Source: Patescibacteria group bacterium
GTDB taxonomy: Bacteria > Patescibacteriota > Minisyncoccia > Phycocordibacterales > UBA6065
Direction: 5' to 3'
NCBI GenBank assembly: GCA_028866595.1
Contig: JAGWHV010000001.1
Span: forward strand, 1-50,420
Length of the DNA: 50,420 nt
The notes under the pieces were generated by a model. It saw nothing but the letters and a program-made list of their open reading frames with translations. It ran no database searches and was not told the DNA's origin. The stretch's first letter is position 1. Each line of letters opens with the position of its first letter. Made by a program: the position numbers and the translations under genes. Of the stretch, positions 39,161-48,653 are shown in pieces.

Positions 39161-39187
39161 GCCGCGCGACATGAAATGTCGCGCGGC
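39161..39187. terminator. perfect 12-bp hairpin between convergent genes
   Basis: GCCGCGCGACAT-gaa-ATGTCGCGCGGC, preceded by AAAAAA (a U-tract for the minus-strand gene). Confidence 0.65.
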
Positions 39188-39204
39188 GGTTGCCGATCAT
39201 CGCG

Positions 39205-39759
39205 CTAATCTGCGAGGATGTCCTCGGGCGGAGGTTTGAGGACGCGCCGCTTCTCATACTGATTGGCGACGCTCGCGAGCTTGAAATGGCCATTCTCGTG
39301 GATGATGGCGTCGTGCCACGTCGGATATCCATCCCGACAGACCATCAGTCTCCACGGATCGCAGGGGAACGGCGAAGTCAGGCGGGAGACCGGTGTGCGG
39401 ATGGGCATGAGGCGTAATCCGTTGAGCCCCGTCTCGATAAAGCCGAAGTCGATCCGGAGACTCGTCCGGCGAGCGGGCCAGAGCAACCGGCGCCAGAGCG
39501 GCAGTCGATAGCTGATTGTGCCGTCCCGCCGGACCCATACAGGCTCGACGAAATGGACGGCGACGAGCTTCCACGATTCGTGGTCGACGCTGCTTTTCAT
39601 GTCGGGTTCGTCATGCACGTGGGCAGGCGAGAACGTGGCTATGAAGGGCGCCCGAGCCGGCGGCGGCCCAAGTTTGACTATGACTTCTTCCGGCGGCATG
39701 TCGACGACATGGAAACGATCGGAGCGCTGGAACTCCAGCGGAGCGATTTTTGGATGCAT
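39205..39759 (-). CDS. hypothetical protein (184 aa)
   Basis: Host-like codon usage, convergent with mltG. I recognise no family. Confidence 0.55.
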   Translation of the reverse strand: MHPKIAPLEFQRSDRFHVVDMPPEEVIVKLGPPPARAPFIATFSPAHVHDEPDMKSSVDHESWKLVAVHFVEPVWVRRDGTISYRLPLWRRLLWPARRTSLRIDFGFIETGLNGLRLMPIRTPVSRLTSPFPCDPWRLMVCRDGYPTWHDAIIHENGHFKLASVANQYEKRRVLKPPPEDILAD

Positions 39760-39811
39760 ATTTGATAGGTGCAGGGTTGAAGGTTGCTGTCTTTAATGCT
39801 ACATATAGCCC

Positions 39812-40966
39812 ATGGCAAGTCAAATGGCAGTCTGTGCTCGAAAAAAAGTCTTTGTCGGCATGTCCGGCGGCGTCGACTCGTCCGTGTCGGCGGCTCTTTT
39901 CAAAGAGCGGGGCTTCGATGTGACAGGTGTTTTCATCAAAGTATGGCAGCCTGACTGGCTGGAATCCGCCGGCGGCTGTTCATGGCGCGAAGACAGGCTC
40001 GATGCCATGCGAGTCGCCGTCCATCTCGGCATCTCGTTCGTCACTCTCGATCTGGAACGAGAATATAAAAAGGAAGTCGTTGATCACATGATCGTCGAAT
40101 ATCGCGCCGGTCGGACGCCAAATCCGGACGTCATGTGCAATCGTCACGTTAAATTTGGCGCATTCTTTGATTGGGCTATGGAGCAGGGAGCTGACTATGT
40201 CGCGACGGGACATTATGCGCAGGTACGAGAGAGCGACGATGGCCACGGCAGAAGGGTCTTTGATCTCGTCGCGGGCGCCGATCCGAGCAAGGACCAATCG
40301 TATTTCCTCTGGACTCTCGGGCAGAAGGAGCTTTCGAGGACGCTTTTTCCTGTCGGCGGTATGGAAAAGTCGGAGACGCGACGGCTCGCTCGCCGATTCG
40401 GCTTGCCCGTCGCCGAGAAAAAAGACAGCCAAGGCCTCTGTTTTATGGGCAAAATAGACATCAAAGAATTCATCTCTCATTACGTGACGCCTCGACGCGG
40501 CGACGTGCTCGACCAGAGCGGCAACGTCATTGGTCATCATGACGGCGCTTTATTTTTGACCGTAGGGGAGAGGCATGGGTTCACGGTGACAACTAAGACT
40601 CCCGATGACGCGCCATACTATGTCATTGCGCGCGATCTCGACAAAAACACAGTGACCGTTTCTCATCGAGCGCCCGATGGTAGTCTTTCTGTCGAGAGGC
40701 GCGATTATATGCTCGAGTCTGTCAATTGGATACGAGGGAAGGAGGCTGTCCTTGTCGCGGGTAGGACGTATCGTGCTCGGATCAGACACCTCGGCGATCT
40801 CTTGCAGTGCACGATCGCACGGGATAAAGACAATGCACCGCGTCCGGATCGCCTGCGCGCCGAGCGCCTGACGATCACATTTGAAAAGCCGATCATCGTC
40901 GCTCCTGGACAGTCTATCGTTGTCTATGACGCCAACACCTGTCTAGGAGGAGGCGCGGTGGTATAA
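39812..40966 (+). CDS. mnmA: tRNA-specific 2-thiouridylase
   Basis: PP-loop VGMSGGVDSSVSA, RTPNPDVMCN, and DQSYFL. Confidence 0.93.
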   Translation: MASQMAVCARKKVFVGMSGGVDSSVSAALFKERGFDVTGVFIKVWQPDWLESAGGCSWREDRLDAMRVAVHLGISFVTLDLEREYKKEVVDHMIVEYRAGRTPNPDVMCNRHVKFGAFFDWAMEQGADYVATGHYAQVRESDDGHGRRVFDLVAGADPSKDQSYFLWTLGQKELSRTLFPVGGMEKSETRRLARRFGLPVAEKKDSQGLCFMGKIDIKEFISHYVTPRRGDVLDQSGNVIGHHDGALFLTVGERHGFTVTTKTPDDAPYYVIARDLDKNTVTVSHRAPDGSLSVERRDYMLESVNWIRGKEAVLVAGRTYRARIRHLGDLLQCTIARDKDNAPRPDRLRAERLTITFEKPIIVAPGQSIVVYDANTCLGGGAVV

Positions 40967-40967
40967 T
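40959..40967 (+). promoter_or_regulatory. extended -10 box TGgTATAAT overlapping the mnmA stop codon
   Basis: 6 nt separate the box from the ATG at 40974. Confidence 0.45.
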
Positions 40968-40973
40968 ACCTCC

Positions 40974-41810
40974 ATGTCCCCACTTTCGATCGTCAAATCG
41001 ACAGGCGAGCGCGAGCGGTTCGACCCAGCCAAGCTCGTCGAGTCGCTCCGCAAATCAGGCGCCACTCAAGATCAGGCCGAAAAAGTCCTCCGCCATATTG
41101 AGGGCGAGCTCGTTGAAGGCATGACGACGAATGAAATCTACCGCCACGCCTTCGAGATCCTCCGGAAAGTCGCCCATCCGGCCGCCGTCGCTCGATATTC
41201 GATGAAGCGGGCAATAACCGAGCTCGGCCCGACGGGCTTTCCTTTCGAAAAATTCATAGCCGAGATTTTCAAGTCGGAAGGATACGAGGCTCTGACTGAC
41301 CAGATCGTCCAGGGTAGCTGCGTCGAGCACGAGATAGACGTCGTCGCTTGGAAAGGCGACGAGCTCGTCATGGTCGAGGCGAAATTTCACAACGAATACG
41401 GCATCAAATCCGACCTCAAGGTCGCTCTGTATATAAAAGCCCGCTGGGACGACCTCAAAGAGAATGTGTATGCGTACGGCGGCAAAAAGCGCAAAGTCAC
41501 CTCGTTCCAGCTTTTTACGAATACGAAATTCACCGATGCCGCGATCAGGTACGCCGAATGCAAAGGGCTAACGCTCATCGGCTGGAATTATCCGCGCCGC
41601 GGCAACCTCGAGGATCTCGTCAGCGAGGCGGGCCTCCATCCCGTCACGGCGATGACGACGCTTGGTCAAGCGGAGAAGAAATCTCTCCTCGACGGCGGTA
41701 TCGTCCTTTGTAAGCAGGTGGCGGCTCAAGGCCAAAATCTGTTAAGCTACGGCATCTCCAAGAGCAAGGTCGCATCCGTGCTCGAAGAGGCCCAACACAT
41801 CTGTGGCTAA
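40974..41810 (+). CDS. ATP-cone domain fused to a PD-(D/E)xK (Mrr-like) restriction-endonuclease-fold domain
   Basis: The N-terminal IVKSTGERERFDPAKLVESLRKSGATQDQAEKVLRHIEGELVEGMTTNEIYRHAFEIL is ATP-cone-like. The core has HEIDVVAW (Asp) and VEAKF (E-x-K). Confidence 0.7.
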   Translation: MSPLSIVKSTGERERFDPAKLVESLRKSGATQDQAEKVLRHIEGELVEGMTTNEIYRHAFEILRKVAHPAAVARYSMKRAITELGPTGFPFEKFIAEIFKSEGYEALTDQIVQGSCVEHEIDVVAWKGDELVMVEAKFHNEYGIKSDLKVALYIKARWDDLKENVYAYGGKKRKVTSFQLFTNTKFTDAAIRYAECKGLTLIGWNYPRRGNLEDLVSEAGLHPVTAMTTLGQAEKKSLLDGGIVLCKQVAAQGQNLLSYGISKSKVASVLEEAQHICG

Positions 41811-42627
41811 TTTCACTCCAAAAGCAAAAAGAAGCGCCGATTGGAATTACGGCGGGCCGAAGTGGAAGCTTTCGCGTTCAAAGATAGACTTGTTCATGGA
41901 ATGCCCGCGCTGCTTCTATCTCGACAACAAGCTCGGCGTCGCTCGGCCGAAAGGTCCGTCGTTCACGCTCAATGTCGCCGTCGACGCTCTCCTTAAAAAG
42001 GAATTCGACGCTCACCGCATCGCCGGCCGGCCGCACCCTCTCATGACGAAATACGGCGTCGACGCCATTCCTTTCAAGCACGACGAGCTCGCAGAGTGGC
42101 AGGAAAATTTCGTCGGCATCCAATACAGGCATCCGGAGTCAGGCATGCTCATCACGGGCGCGATCGACGATGTCTGGATCAATAAGAAAGGCGAGCTCAT
42201 CGTCGTCGATTACAAAGCGACCGCCAAAGACGGCAAAATCGAATCTCTCGAGGACACCAAATGGCAGAATCAGTACAAGCGCCAGATGGAAGTCTATCAA
42301 TGGCTCTTGCGCCGCAAAGGCTACCGCGTCGCTGAGACAGGATATTTCGTCTATGTGAACGGCCGCAAAGATCGCCCGTCGTTCGACGGCAAGCTCGAAT
42401 TCGACGTGACCCTCATCGCCCACAAAGGCGACGATTCATGGGTCGAGAAGACGATCGTCCAGGCAAGGGCTTGCCTCGATAGCGACGCTTTGCCTGAGCC
42501 GAGCTCGACGTGCGAATTCTGCGTCTACCGCAAAGCCGCCCGTGACGTCCAGATGCCCTTCATGAGCATTAAAAAAACTAAAACCAAAACCGATGCGACA
42601 GGTAACAAAACGGATAGCCTCTTTTAA
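41803..42627 (+). CDS. Cas4/RecB-like PD-(D/E)XK nuclease with N- and C-terminal cysteines
   Basis: CPRCFY near the N-terminus; GAIDDV; VVDYKA (D-x-K); QMEVYQWLL (Q-x3-Y); C-terminal ACLD...CEFCVY. A GTG start overlaps the upstream gene by 8 nt. Confidence 0.7.
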   Translation: MANFTPKAKRSADWNYGGPKWKLSRSKIDLFMECPRCFYLDNKLGVARPKGPSFTLNVAVDALLKKEFDAHRIAGRPHPLMTKYGVDAIPFKHDELAEWQENFVGIQYRHPESGMLITGAIDDVWINKKGELIVVDYKATAKDGKIESLEDTKWQNQYKRQMEVYQWLLRRKGYRVAETGYFVYVNGRKDRPSFDGKLEFDVTLIAHKGDDSWVEKTIVQARACLDSDALPEPSSTCEFCVYRKAARDVQMPFMSIKKTKTKTDATGNKTDSLF

Positions 42628-42886
42628 AGAGCGCGTGGAGCAGATCGTGCGGGACATTCCTGCTGGCGAGACCCTTTCATATGGGGAGGTCGCTCGTCGC
42701 GCGGGCAATCCGAATGCGGCGAGAGCCGTCGGCATGATCATGTCGAGGAATACGGATGAGAGCGTGCCGTGCCATCGCGTTGTGAGATCAGATGGCCTAA
42801 TTGGTGGATACAACGGTATCCTCGGCGGCCTTCGCGGCGCCGAGGCGAAGCGAGCGCTCCTCCAGGCCGAGGGATCGTGTGCATAA
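42593..42886 (+). CDS. minimal methylated-DNA--protein-cysteine methyltransferase DNA-binding/active-site domain protein (97 aa)
   Basis: Motifs SYGEVARRAGNPNAARAVG and the active-site PCHRVV, with GGYNG. It overlaps the upstream gene by 35 nt. Confidence 0.8.
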   Translation: MRQVTKRIASFKERVEQIVRDIPAGETLSYGEVARRAGNPNAARAVGMIMSRNTDESVPCHRVVRSDGLIGGYNGILGGLRGAEAKRALLQAEGSCA

Positions 42887-42937
42887 CTTGCTGGATTTTC
42901 ATTCGATCGGAGAGCAGAATGGGGAGCAGGGAAACCC

Positions 42938-43321
42938 TTGAACATGCCCACCTCACCCGAAACCCTCGAAATGACCGAGGCGCGCGTCATTAGTTTTGAT
43001 CCATCACGAAAAATCGCGGAGCTCGAAGCGCGCATCCGCACCCTGGAAGAAGAGAACCGCGCTCTGGAACGGAAGAGAGACTCGTACGGCGTCTTCATCA
43101 GGTGCCTTGCCGAGAGGTACTTCAGTGAAAACGACGAGAGCCGATACTATGCCGGCCAGGAGAGCCAGAACGTCGATGCCGATGTCGCCTTCATTCATTG
43201 GTGGCAGCACGGCGGGCGCGAAGCGTTCTCCCGCGATTTCCCGACGCCCGAAGCAGTGATGCGTTATTTCCAACGACGCCATCGCGTCGCCCGTTTTCTC
43301 GCGGTGTTCGCCGTCTTGTAA
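42938..43321 (+). CDS. hypothetical protein with short coiled coil (127 aa)
   Basis: KIAELEARIRTLEEENRALERKR. A terminator follows. I recognise no family. Confidence 0.5.
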   Translation: MNMPTSPETLEMTEARVISFDPSRKIAELEARIRTLEEENRALERKRDSYGVFIRCLAERYFSENDESRYYAGQESQNVDADVAFIHWWQHGGREAFSRDFPTPEAVMRYFQRRHRVARFLAVFAVL

Positions 43322-43344
43322 GTCCGCCATCGGGCGGGCTTTTT
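43322..43344 (+). terminator. intrinsic terminator
   Basis: GTCCGCC-atcg-GGCGGGC (7 bp including one G:U pair), followed by TTTTT. Confidence 0.65.
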
Positions 43345-43346
43345 AT

Positions 43347-43355
43347 TGCTATACT
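43347..43355 (+). promoter_or_regulatory. extended -10 box TGcTATACT
   Basis: 6 nt separate the box from the ATG at 43362. Confidence 0.5.
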
Positions 43356-43361
43356 GTCTCT

Positions 43362-44000
43362 ATGCCGGGAACGGGAATCGATCAGAGAACTGACGAGCTT
43401 CGAAAGATCCGCGACGAGGTGGTCGCCCTTTCGATCTCGCCTCTCTATGCGTATAGGATAGAGAACAAGTATTTTCCGGTGATAGGCGAGGGAGATCACG
43501 AGGCTCGTATCATGTTCGTCGGCGAAGCGCCCGGCGAGAACGAGGCCAAGACCGCTCGGCCTTTCTGCGGAGCCGCCGGCAGGATTCTCGATGAGCTCCT
43601 TGCGTCTATCGGTCTTGATCGCAAGACGGTCTACGTCACGAACCTTATCAAAGATCGTCCGCCGGGCAATCGTGATCCCGAGCAGGCGGAGATCGATCTC
43701 TACGGGCCTTTTCTCGAGAGGCAAATCGCCGCCATGCGGCCTCGGGTGATCGCCACCCTCGGCCGCCACTCGATGAAATATATTTTCGAGAAATATGACC
43801 TCTCATCTGTTCTCCAGACGATATCAAAGATCCACGGTAAGGTATTCAAAGGCACCGCGCCTTACGGAGAGGTGACAGTTGTCGCTCTCTATCACCCGGC
43901 TGTCGCGCTTTATAACAATTCGATGAAAGGAGCGATGCTCGAAGATTTTAAGATCATAAAGAAATATGCGAACGACGTGGGACCTGGAACAACTCTATAA
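43362..44000 (+). CDS. uracil-DNA glycosylase, family 4
   Basis: Motifs MFVGEAPGENE, VYVTNLIKDRPPGNRDP, and LYHPAVALYN. Confidence 0.9.
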   Translation: MPGTGIDQRTDELRKIRDEVVALSISPLYAYRIENKYFPVIGEGDHEARIMFVGEAPGENEAKTARPFCGAAGRILDELLASIGLDRKTVYVTNLIKDRPPGNRDPEQAEIDLYGPFLERQIAAMRPRVIATLGRHSMKYIFEKYDLSSVLQTISKIHGKVFKGTAPYGEVTVVALYHPAVALYNNSMKGAMLEDFKIIKKYANDVGPGTTL

Positions 44001-45726
44001 AAGCGCCGACGATCCGCAGATGGAAAAAGATGTCAAAGCCCTCGAGAGGGTTTTTTCGGCGTTCGCCAAAAAATATCGCGGCGCGGCCAGCTATGCCCGG
44101 AGCGAAGCCGCTCTCGCTCGCGCCCTCGGCGAATATGAAGCGATGCTCTCGAAACGAGCTTGGGGCAAGCCTCTGTCGTACTTTCAATTCCGTTTGAGCC
44201 TCGACAGCGGCGATGCCGTCGCTCGAGCCAAGCTCAACCAGCTCATGGAGCGTCTGACGAAAAGCTACAATCAGATCATCTTTTTCGAGCTTTCTTTGAT
44301 GAAGATACCGCCCAAGCTCCAGAAGCGCTTTCTGAAAAGCCCGCGGCTCGAGCGGTATCGCCATTTTCTCAAGACGATATTCGCTCGGGCGGCACATACT
44401 CTCTCCGAAGCCGAAGAGAAGATCATGAGCCTCAAAGAGATCCCAGCGTATCAGCAATGGATCGACGCCACGGACAAGCTCCTCGGCCGTCAAACTGTTG
44501 AATCAAGCGGTAAGACATTGCCCGTATCCGAAGCGATGCAGAGGATCCATGAGTTGCCGACCCAAAACGAGCGCCGGGCTTTGCATGAAGCAACGATGAG
44601 ATCGCTCTCCAGTCTCGCGGACATAGCCGAGAGCGAGATAAACGCCATCGTCACTGACAAGAAAATAAACGACGGCCTCCGCGGATTCGCCCGGCCGTAT
44701 GACGAGACGATCCTCCGGTATCAAAATGAGCCAAAGAGCGTCGATGCTCTCGTCGGCGCTGTCACCCGCCGTTTCAATATCAGTCATCGCTTCTATCACC
44801 TCAAGGCCAAGCTCCTCCGGCTCGAGAAGCTCGGCTATTTCGACAGAGCTGTCGGCATAGGCAAGAACGTCCGGCCGGTGCCTTTTGCGGAAGCGGTAGA
44901 GACGCTCCGCCGGATTTTTGGTTCCGTCGACCCGCGCTATGCCGCCATTCTCGATTCTTTTTTGGAGAAAGGCCAAATCGACGCATTCCCGAAAATAGGC
45001 AAGGGCGGCGGTGCCTATTGCGCTGGTAATGCCAATATGCCGACGTTCGTCCTCCTCAATTACACAAATACGATGGACGACGTCATGACATTCGCTCACG
45101 AAATGGGGCACGCCATCCACACCGAGCTCTCGAAGAGCCAGCCGATCATATACCAGGACTATTCCTCATCGACAGCCGAGGCGGCGAGCACGCTCTTTGA
45201 ATCGCTTGTCTTTGACGCACTGTTTGAAAAGCTCTCGCCCGATGAGCAGGTCATCGCTCTTCACAAGCGTCTGAATGACGACATCCAGACGATATTCCGC
45301 CAGATCGCTGCTTTTAATTTTGAGACGGAGCTCCACGGCGCCGTACGCGCGAAAGGCTCTCTCACCAGAGACGAGATCGGCGCTCTCTTGAATAAGCACA
45401 TGGCCGCGTATCTCGGGCCAGTCGTCGCCATGGAGCCGGTCGACGGCAATCACTTCGTCGCGTGGATGCATTTGCGCCGATTCTTCTACGTCTACACATA
45501 TGCATTCGGCCAGCTTGTCTCAAAAGTCCTCGCCGCTCGATACAAGACGGACAGGAAGGCAGCTCGCAACATCGCCGCATTCCTCTCCGCCGGCGGTTCC
45601 GAATCGCCGGAGGAGATCCTCAAGTCCATCGGCATCGATATCGCCAAGCCGGACTTCTGGGACGCTGGTCTCGACTCGATCGAGTGCGATATCGATAGGC
45701 TGGAAAAATTGACGGCGGCGCGGTAA
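43966..45726 (+). CDS. pepF: oligoendopeptidase F-like M3 metallopeptidase
   Basis: Zinc motif HEMGHAIH and the typical N-terminus W-x-L-x2-LY. It is 586 aa. Confidence 0.85.
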   Translation: MRTTWDLEQLYKSADDPQMEKDVKALERVFSAFAKKYRGAASYARSEAALARALGEYEAMLSKRAWGKPLSYFQFRLSLDSGDAVARAKLNQLMERLTKSYNQIIFFELSLMKIPPKLQKRFLKSPRLERYRHFLKTIFARAAHTLSEAEEKIMSLKEIPAYQQWIDATDKLLGRQTVESSGKTLPVSEAMQRIHELPTQNERRALHEATMRSLSSLADIAESEINAIVTDKKINDGLRGFARPYDETILRYQNEPKSVDALVGAVTRRFNISHRFYHLKAKLLRLEKLGYFDRAVGIGKNVRPVPFAEAVETLRRIFGSVDPRYAAILDSFLEKGQIDAFPKIGKGGGAYCAGNANMPTFVLLNYTNTMDDVMTFAHEMGHAIHTELSKSQPIIYQDYSSSTAEAASTLFESLVFDALFEKLSPDEQVIALHKRLNDDIQTIFRQIAAFNFETELHGAVRAKGSLTRDEIGALLNKHMAAYLGPVVAMEPVDGNHFVAWMHLRRFFYVYTYAFGQLVSKVLAARYKTDRKAARNIAAFLSAGGSESPEEILKSIGIDIAKPDFWDAGLDSIECDIDRLEKLTAAR

Positions 45727-45737
45727 AGTAAGGCCCT

Positions 45738-47513
45738 ATGACATCCGCTGAAGTCCGCCGTCGGTTCCTTGCTTTTTTTGCCGCCCGCGGCCACGCTATC
45801 ATCCCGTCCGCGTCTCTCGTGCCGGAGAACGATCCCTCGGTCCTTTTCAATACCGCCGGTATGCAGCCTCTCGTGCCGTATCTTCTCGGCGAAAAGCATC
45901 CGAACGGAACGCGCCTGGCCGATTTCCAGAAATGCGTGCGGACGAACGACATCGACGAGGTCGGTGACAATACGCACCTCACTTTTTTCGAGATGATGGG
46001 CAATTGGTCTCTCGGCGACTATTTCAAGAAAGAAGCGATCGAATGGAGCTACGATCTTTTGACGAATAAAGAGTACGGCTTCGGCCTTGACCCACGGCGC
46101 CTCTACGTCTCGTGCTTCGAAGGCAATGATGACGCGCCGCGCGATGAAGAGTCGGCCGCGATCTGGCGCGACATTTTTGCTAAAAACGACGTCGCAGGTG
46201 AGCGCATATATTTCATGCCCGCGTCCGAGAACTGGTGGCAGCCGGGTCCGAATGGCCCGTGCGGCCCCGACTCCGAGATGCGCTACGACCTCACGGGCGC
46301 GCTCGCATCCGGCATGACAAAGGAAGAATACATCAAAGCCGATGCCGACCAGCACATCGTCGAGATCTGGAATGACGTTTTCATGGAATTCGTCAAAAAA
46401 GACAACAAGGTCGTCGGCCGCCTTGAAAAGAAGAACGTCGATACCGGCGCCGGTTTCGAGCGCATGTGCACGGTCATCCAGGGCAAGTCGAACGTCTTCG
46501 AGGCGGATCTTTTCGCCCCGATCATGGATCTCATACGTTCACGGTCGAGCGCCTATGATCTCCGTTCGGCTCGCATCGTCGCCGACCATATGCGGACGAC
46601 GACGTTCCTCGTCGCCGACGGTGTCTTGCCTTCGAACAAAGACCAAGGCTACGTTCTCCGCCGTCTCATGCGCCGGGCGATATTCAAACTAAGCTCGCTC
46701 GGTCTCGACAAGAGCGCCGGCGAAGAGATCATCGGCATGTATGTCGACATGTATAGTGTCGCCTACCCGGACTTGGACAAGACGGCTATCCGTGCCGTCT
46801 ATCGCGACGAGGCAGAAAAATTCGAAAAGACTCTCGTCGACGGCAAGAAAGAGCTCGAAAAAGGCACCGATCCATTCATCCTCTGGACGACGTACGGATT
46901 TCCGATAGAGCTCACATCCGAATTGCTCAAAGAGAAAGGGCGAGCCCTCGATCGCTCTGCTTTCGACAAAAAAATGAAGGAGCATCAGGATGTCTCTCGT
47001 GCCGGCGCCGAGCAGAAATTTAAAGGCGGCCTTGGCGACGCTAACGACCCGATGGTCGTCCGCTATCACACGGCGACCCACCTTTTGCATAAAGCCCTCC
47101 ACGAAGTCCTCGGCGAGCACGTCTCGCAGAAAGGCTCAAATATCACGCCAGAGAGGCTTCGGTTCGACTTTGCCCATAGCGCGAAAATGACGGATGATGA
47201 AGAAAAACGCGTAGAAGATATCGTCAATGACCATATCTCTGCGGCTCTACCGGTGAACCGCGTCGAATTGCCGAAAGATGAAGCCCTCAAGACGGGCGCC
47301 TACCATTTCTTTGGCGACAAATACGGCGACGTCGTGTCTGTCTACTACATCGGTGATTCTCTCGAGGGCGCTTATTCCAAAGAATTCTGCGGCGGGCCGC
47401 ACGTCTCTAACACTCGCGATCTCGCCGGCCCGGAAGGGAAGTGGCGATTCAAGATCCAAAAAGAGGAAGCGGTCTCTGCCGGCGTCCGCCGCATCAAGGC
47501 GGTCTTGTCCTAG
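45738..47513 (+). CDS. alaS: alanine--tRNA ligase, compact form (591 aa) lacking beta-barrel linker and C-Ala domains
   Basis: N-terminus VRRRFLAFFAARGHAIIPSASLVPENDPSVLFNTAGMQPLVPYLLG. Editing-domain motifs HTATHLLH and CGGPHV. The protein ends at VSAGVRRIKAVLS. Confidence 0.93.
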   Translation: MTSAEVRRRFLAFFAARGHAIIPSASLVPENDPSVLFNTAGMQPLVPYLLGEKHPNGTRLADFQKCVRTNDIDEVGDNTHLTFFEMMGNWSLGDYFKKEAIEWSYDLLTNKEYGFGLDPRRLYVSCFEGNDDAPRDEESAAIWRDIFAKNDVAGERIYFMPASENWWQPGPNGPCGPDSEMRYDLTGALASGMTKEEYIKADADQHIVEIWNDVFMEFVKKDNKVVGRLEKKNVDTGAGFERMCTVIQGKSNVFEADLFAPIMDLIRSRSSAYDLRSARIVADHMRTTTFLVADGVLPSNKDQGYVLRRLMRRAIFKLSSLGLDKSAGEEIIGMYVDMYSVAYPDLDKTAIRAVYRDEAEKFEKTLVDGKKELEKGTDPFILWTTYGFPIELTSELLKEKGRALDRSAFDKKMKEHQDVSRAGAEQKFKGGLGDANDPMVVRYHTATHLLHKALHEVLGEHVSQKGSNITPERLRFDFAHSAKMTDDEEKRVEDIVNDHISAALPVNRVELPKDEALKTGAYHFFGDKYGDVVSVYYIGDSLEGAYSKEFCGGPHVSNTRDLAGPEGKWRFKIQKEEAVSAGVRRIKAVLS

Positions 47514-47534
47514 CGCCTGTTGTATAATAGGAGC

Positions 47535-48641
47535 ATGTTCTCCTTTTTCCGTGAAAAGCCGGAGACGAACCTTGTGTTCCGCATCGGTTCTGCATCCGTC
47601 GGCGCCGGACTCGTCAGATTTGAACAGGATAAACCTCCTCACCTCATCGAGGCCATCCGCGAACCGATCGCCCATGACGACATCGTCGATTCGAAGCGTC
47701 TCCAAGCCGCGATGCTTTCTGCGTTCCAGGTTGTCGGCGAGCGAGCTATAAAAAAAGCTAGGCTCGATGGCCTTCCGGCGATCGGCTCTATTTTTCTCTC
47801 TTTCTCTTCGCCGTGGGTCGCGACGACGACTAAAATCATTACTATCAAAGGACCTCAGCCTTTCACCCTCACCCGCGGGCACATAGATCGCATCATTTCC
47901 GCGGATGAGGAAGCTTTTCAGAAAGGAGCCAGCCGGGGCCTCTTCGTCATAGAGCGACGAGTGCTCGGAGTGAAGCCATACGATGAAAAAACTCGAGCTG
48001 CCGAGATCTCGCTTCTCACGAGCGCGATCCCAACGGACCTTTATAGAGAGATGATCAGGATCTCTTCTAGGTTCCGCGAATCCCGCGAGATAAAGACATT
48101 CTCCCTGGCCCTTGCGGCTTTTTCGATCATAGCGAGCGAGCATCCCGAGATGCCCGATTTCATATTCATCGATGTCGGTGGGGAAGTATCCGAAGCGGCG
48201 ATCGTTCGTGGCGGCATCATAACAGAGACGGCGAGCTTTCCTGTAGGGCGCCATTCTATCATCCGAAGCATAAGGAAAGCTCTCGGCGCGACGGCAGAGG
48301 AGACAGCCTCGCTCATTCGCCTTTATGAAGAAGGCGATATGGATAGAGCCACAGCCGCCCACCTCAAACCAGCCCTCGATCGATCCGCTCACGAGTGGCG
48401 CACGGGCTTTGACGCCGCTCTCGCGCCTATTTCTTCCTGGAAAGCCCTGCCCTTGCGCCTCTATGCGGCGATAGAAAATGATCTCGCCGCTTTGTTCAGG
48501 AGACTCCTCAAGAGCGACGAGCTTCCGCTCGAGACGACGATCATCGATGCCGCTCGGCTCAGACATTTCGTCTCATCAGAGAACAGAGCGATCGATGATG
48601 TGTGCATGGCTATCGCTTCCGCTTTTGCCGGTATGATATAA
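47535..48641 (+). CDS. actin-fold ATPase-like protein (FtsA/PilM-like), putative
   Basis: FRIGSASVGAGLV (phosphate-1-like) and FIFIDVGGEVSEAAIVRGGII (phosphate-2-like). TATAAT at 47523-47528 lies 6 nt before the ATG. Confidence 0.55.
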   Translation: MFSFFREKPETNLVFRIGSASVGAGLVRFEQDKPPHLIEAIREPIAHDDIVDSKRLQAAMLSAFQVVGERAIKKARLDGLPAIGSIFLSFSSPWVATTTKIITIKGPQPFTLTRGHIDRIISADEEAFQKGASRGLFVIERRVLGVKPYDEKTRAAEISLLTSAIPTDLYREMIRISSRFRESREIKTFSLALAAFSIIASEHPEMPDFIFIDVGGEVSEAAIVRGGIITETASFPVGRHSIIRSIRKALGATAEETASLIRLYEEGDMDRATAAHLKPALDRSAHEWRTGFDAALAPISSWKALPLRLYAAIENDLAALFRRLLKSDELPLETTIIDAARLRHFVSSENRAIDDVCMAIASAFAGMI

Positions 48642-48642
48642 T
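48634..48642 (+). promoter_or_regulatory. extended -10 box TGaTATAAT overlapping the upstream stop codon
   Basis: 11 nt separate the box from the ATG at 48654. Confidence 0.4.
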
Positions 48643-48653
48643 CGCTTTACGTT

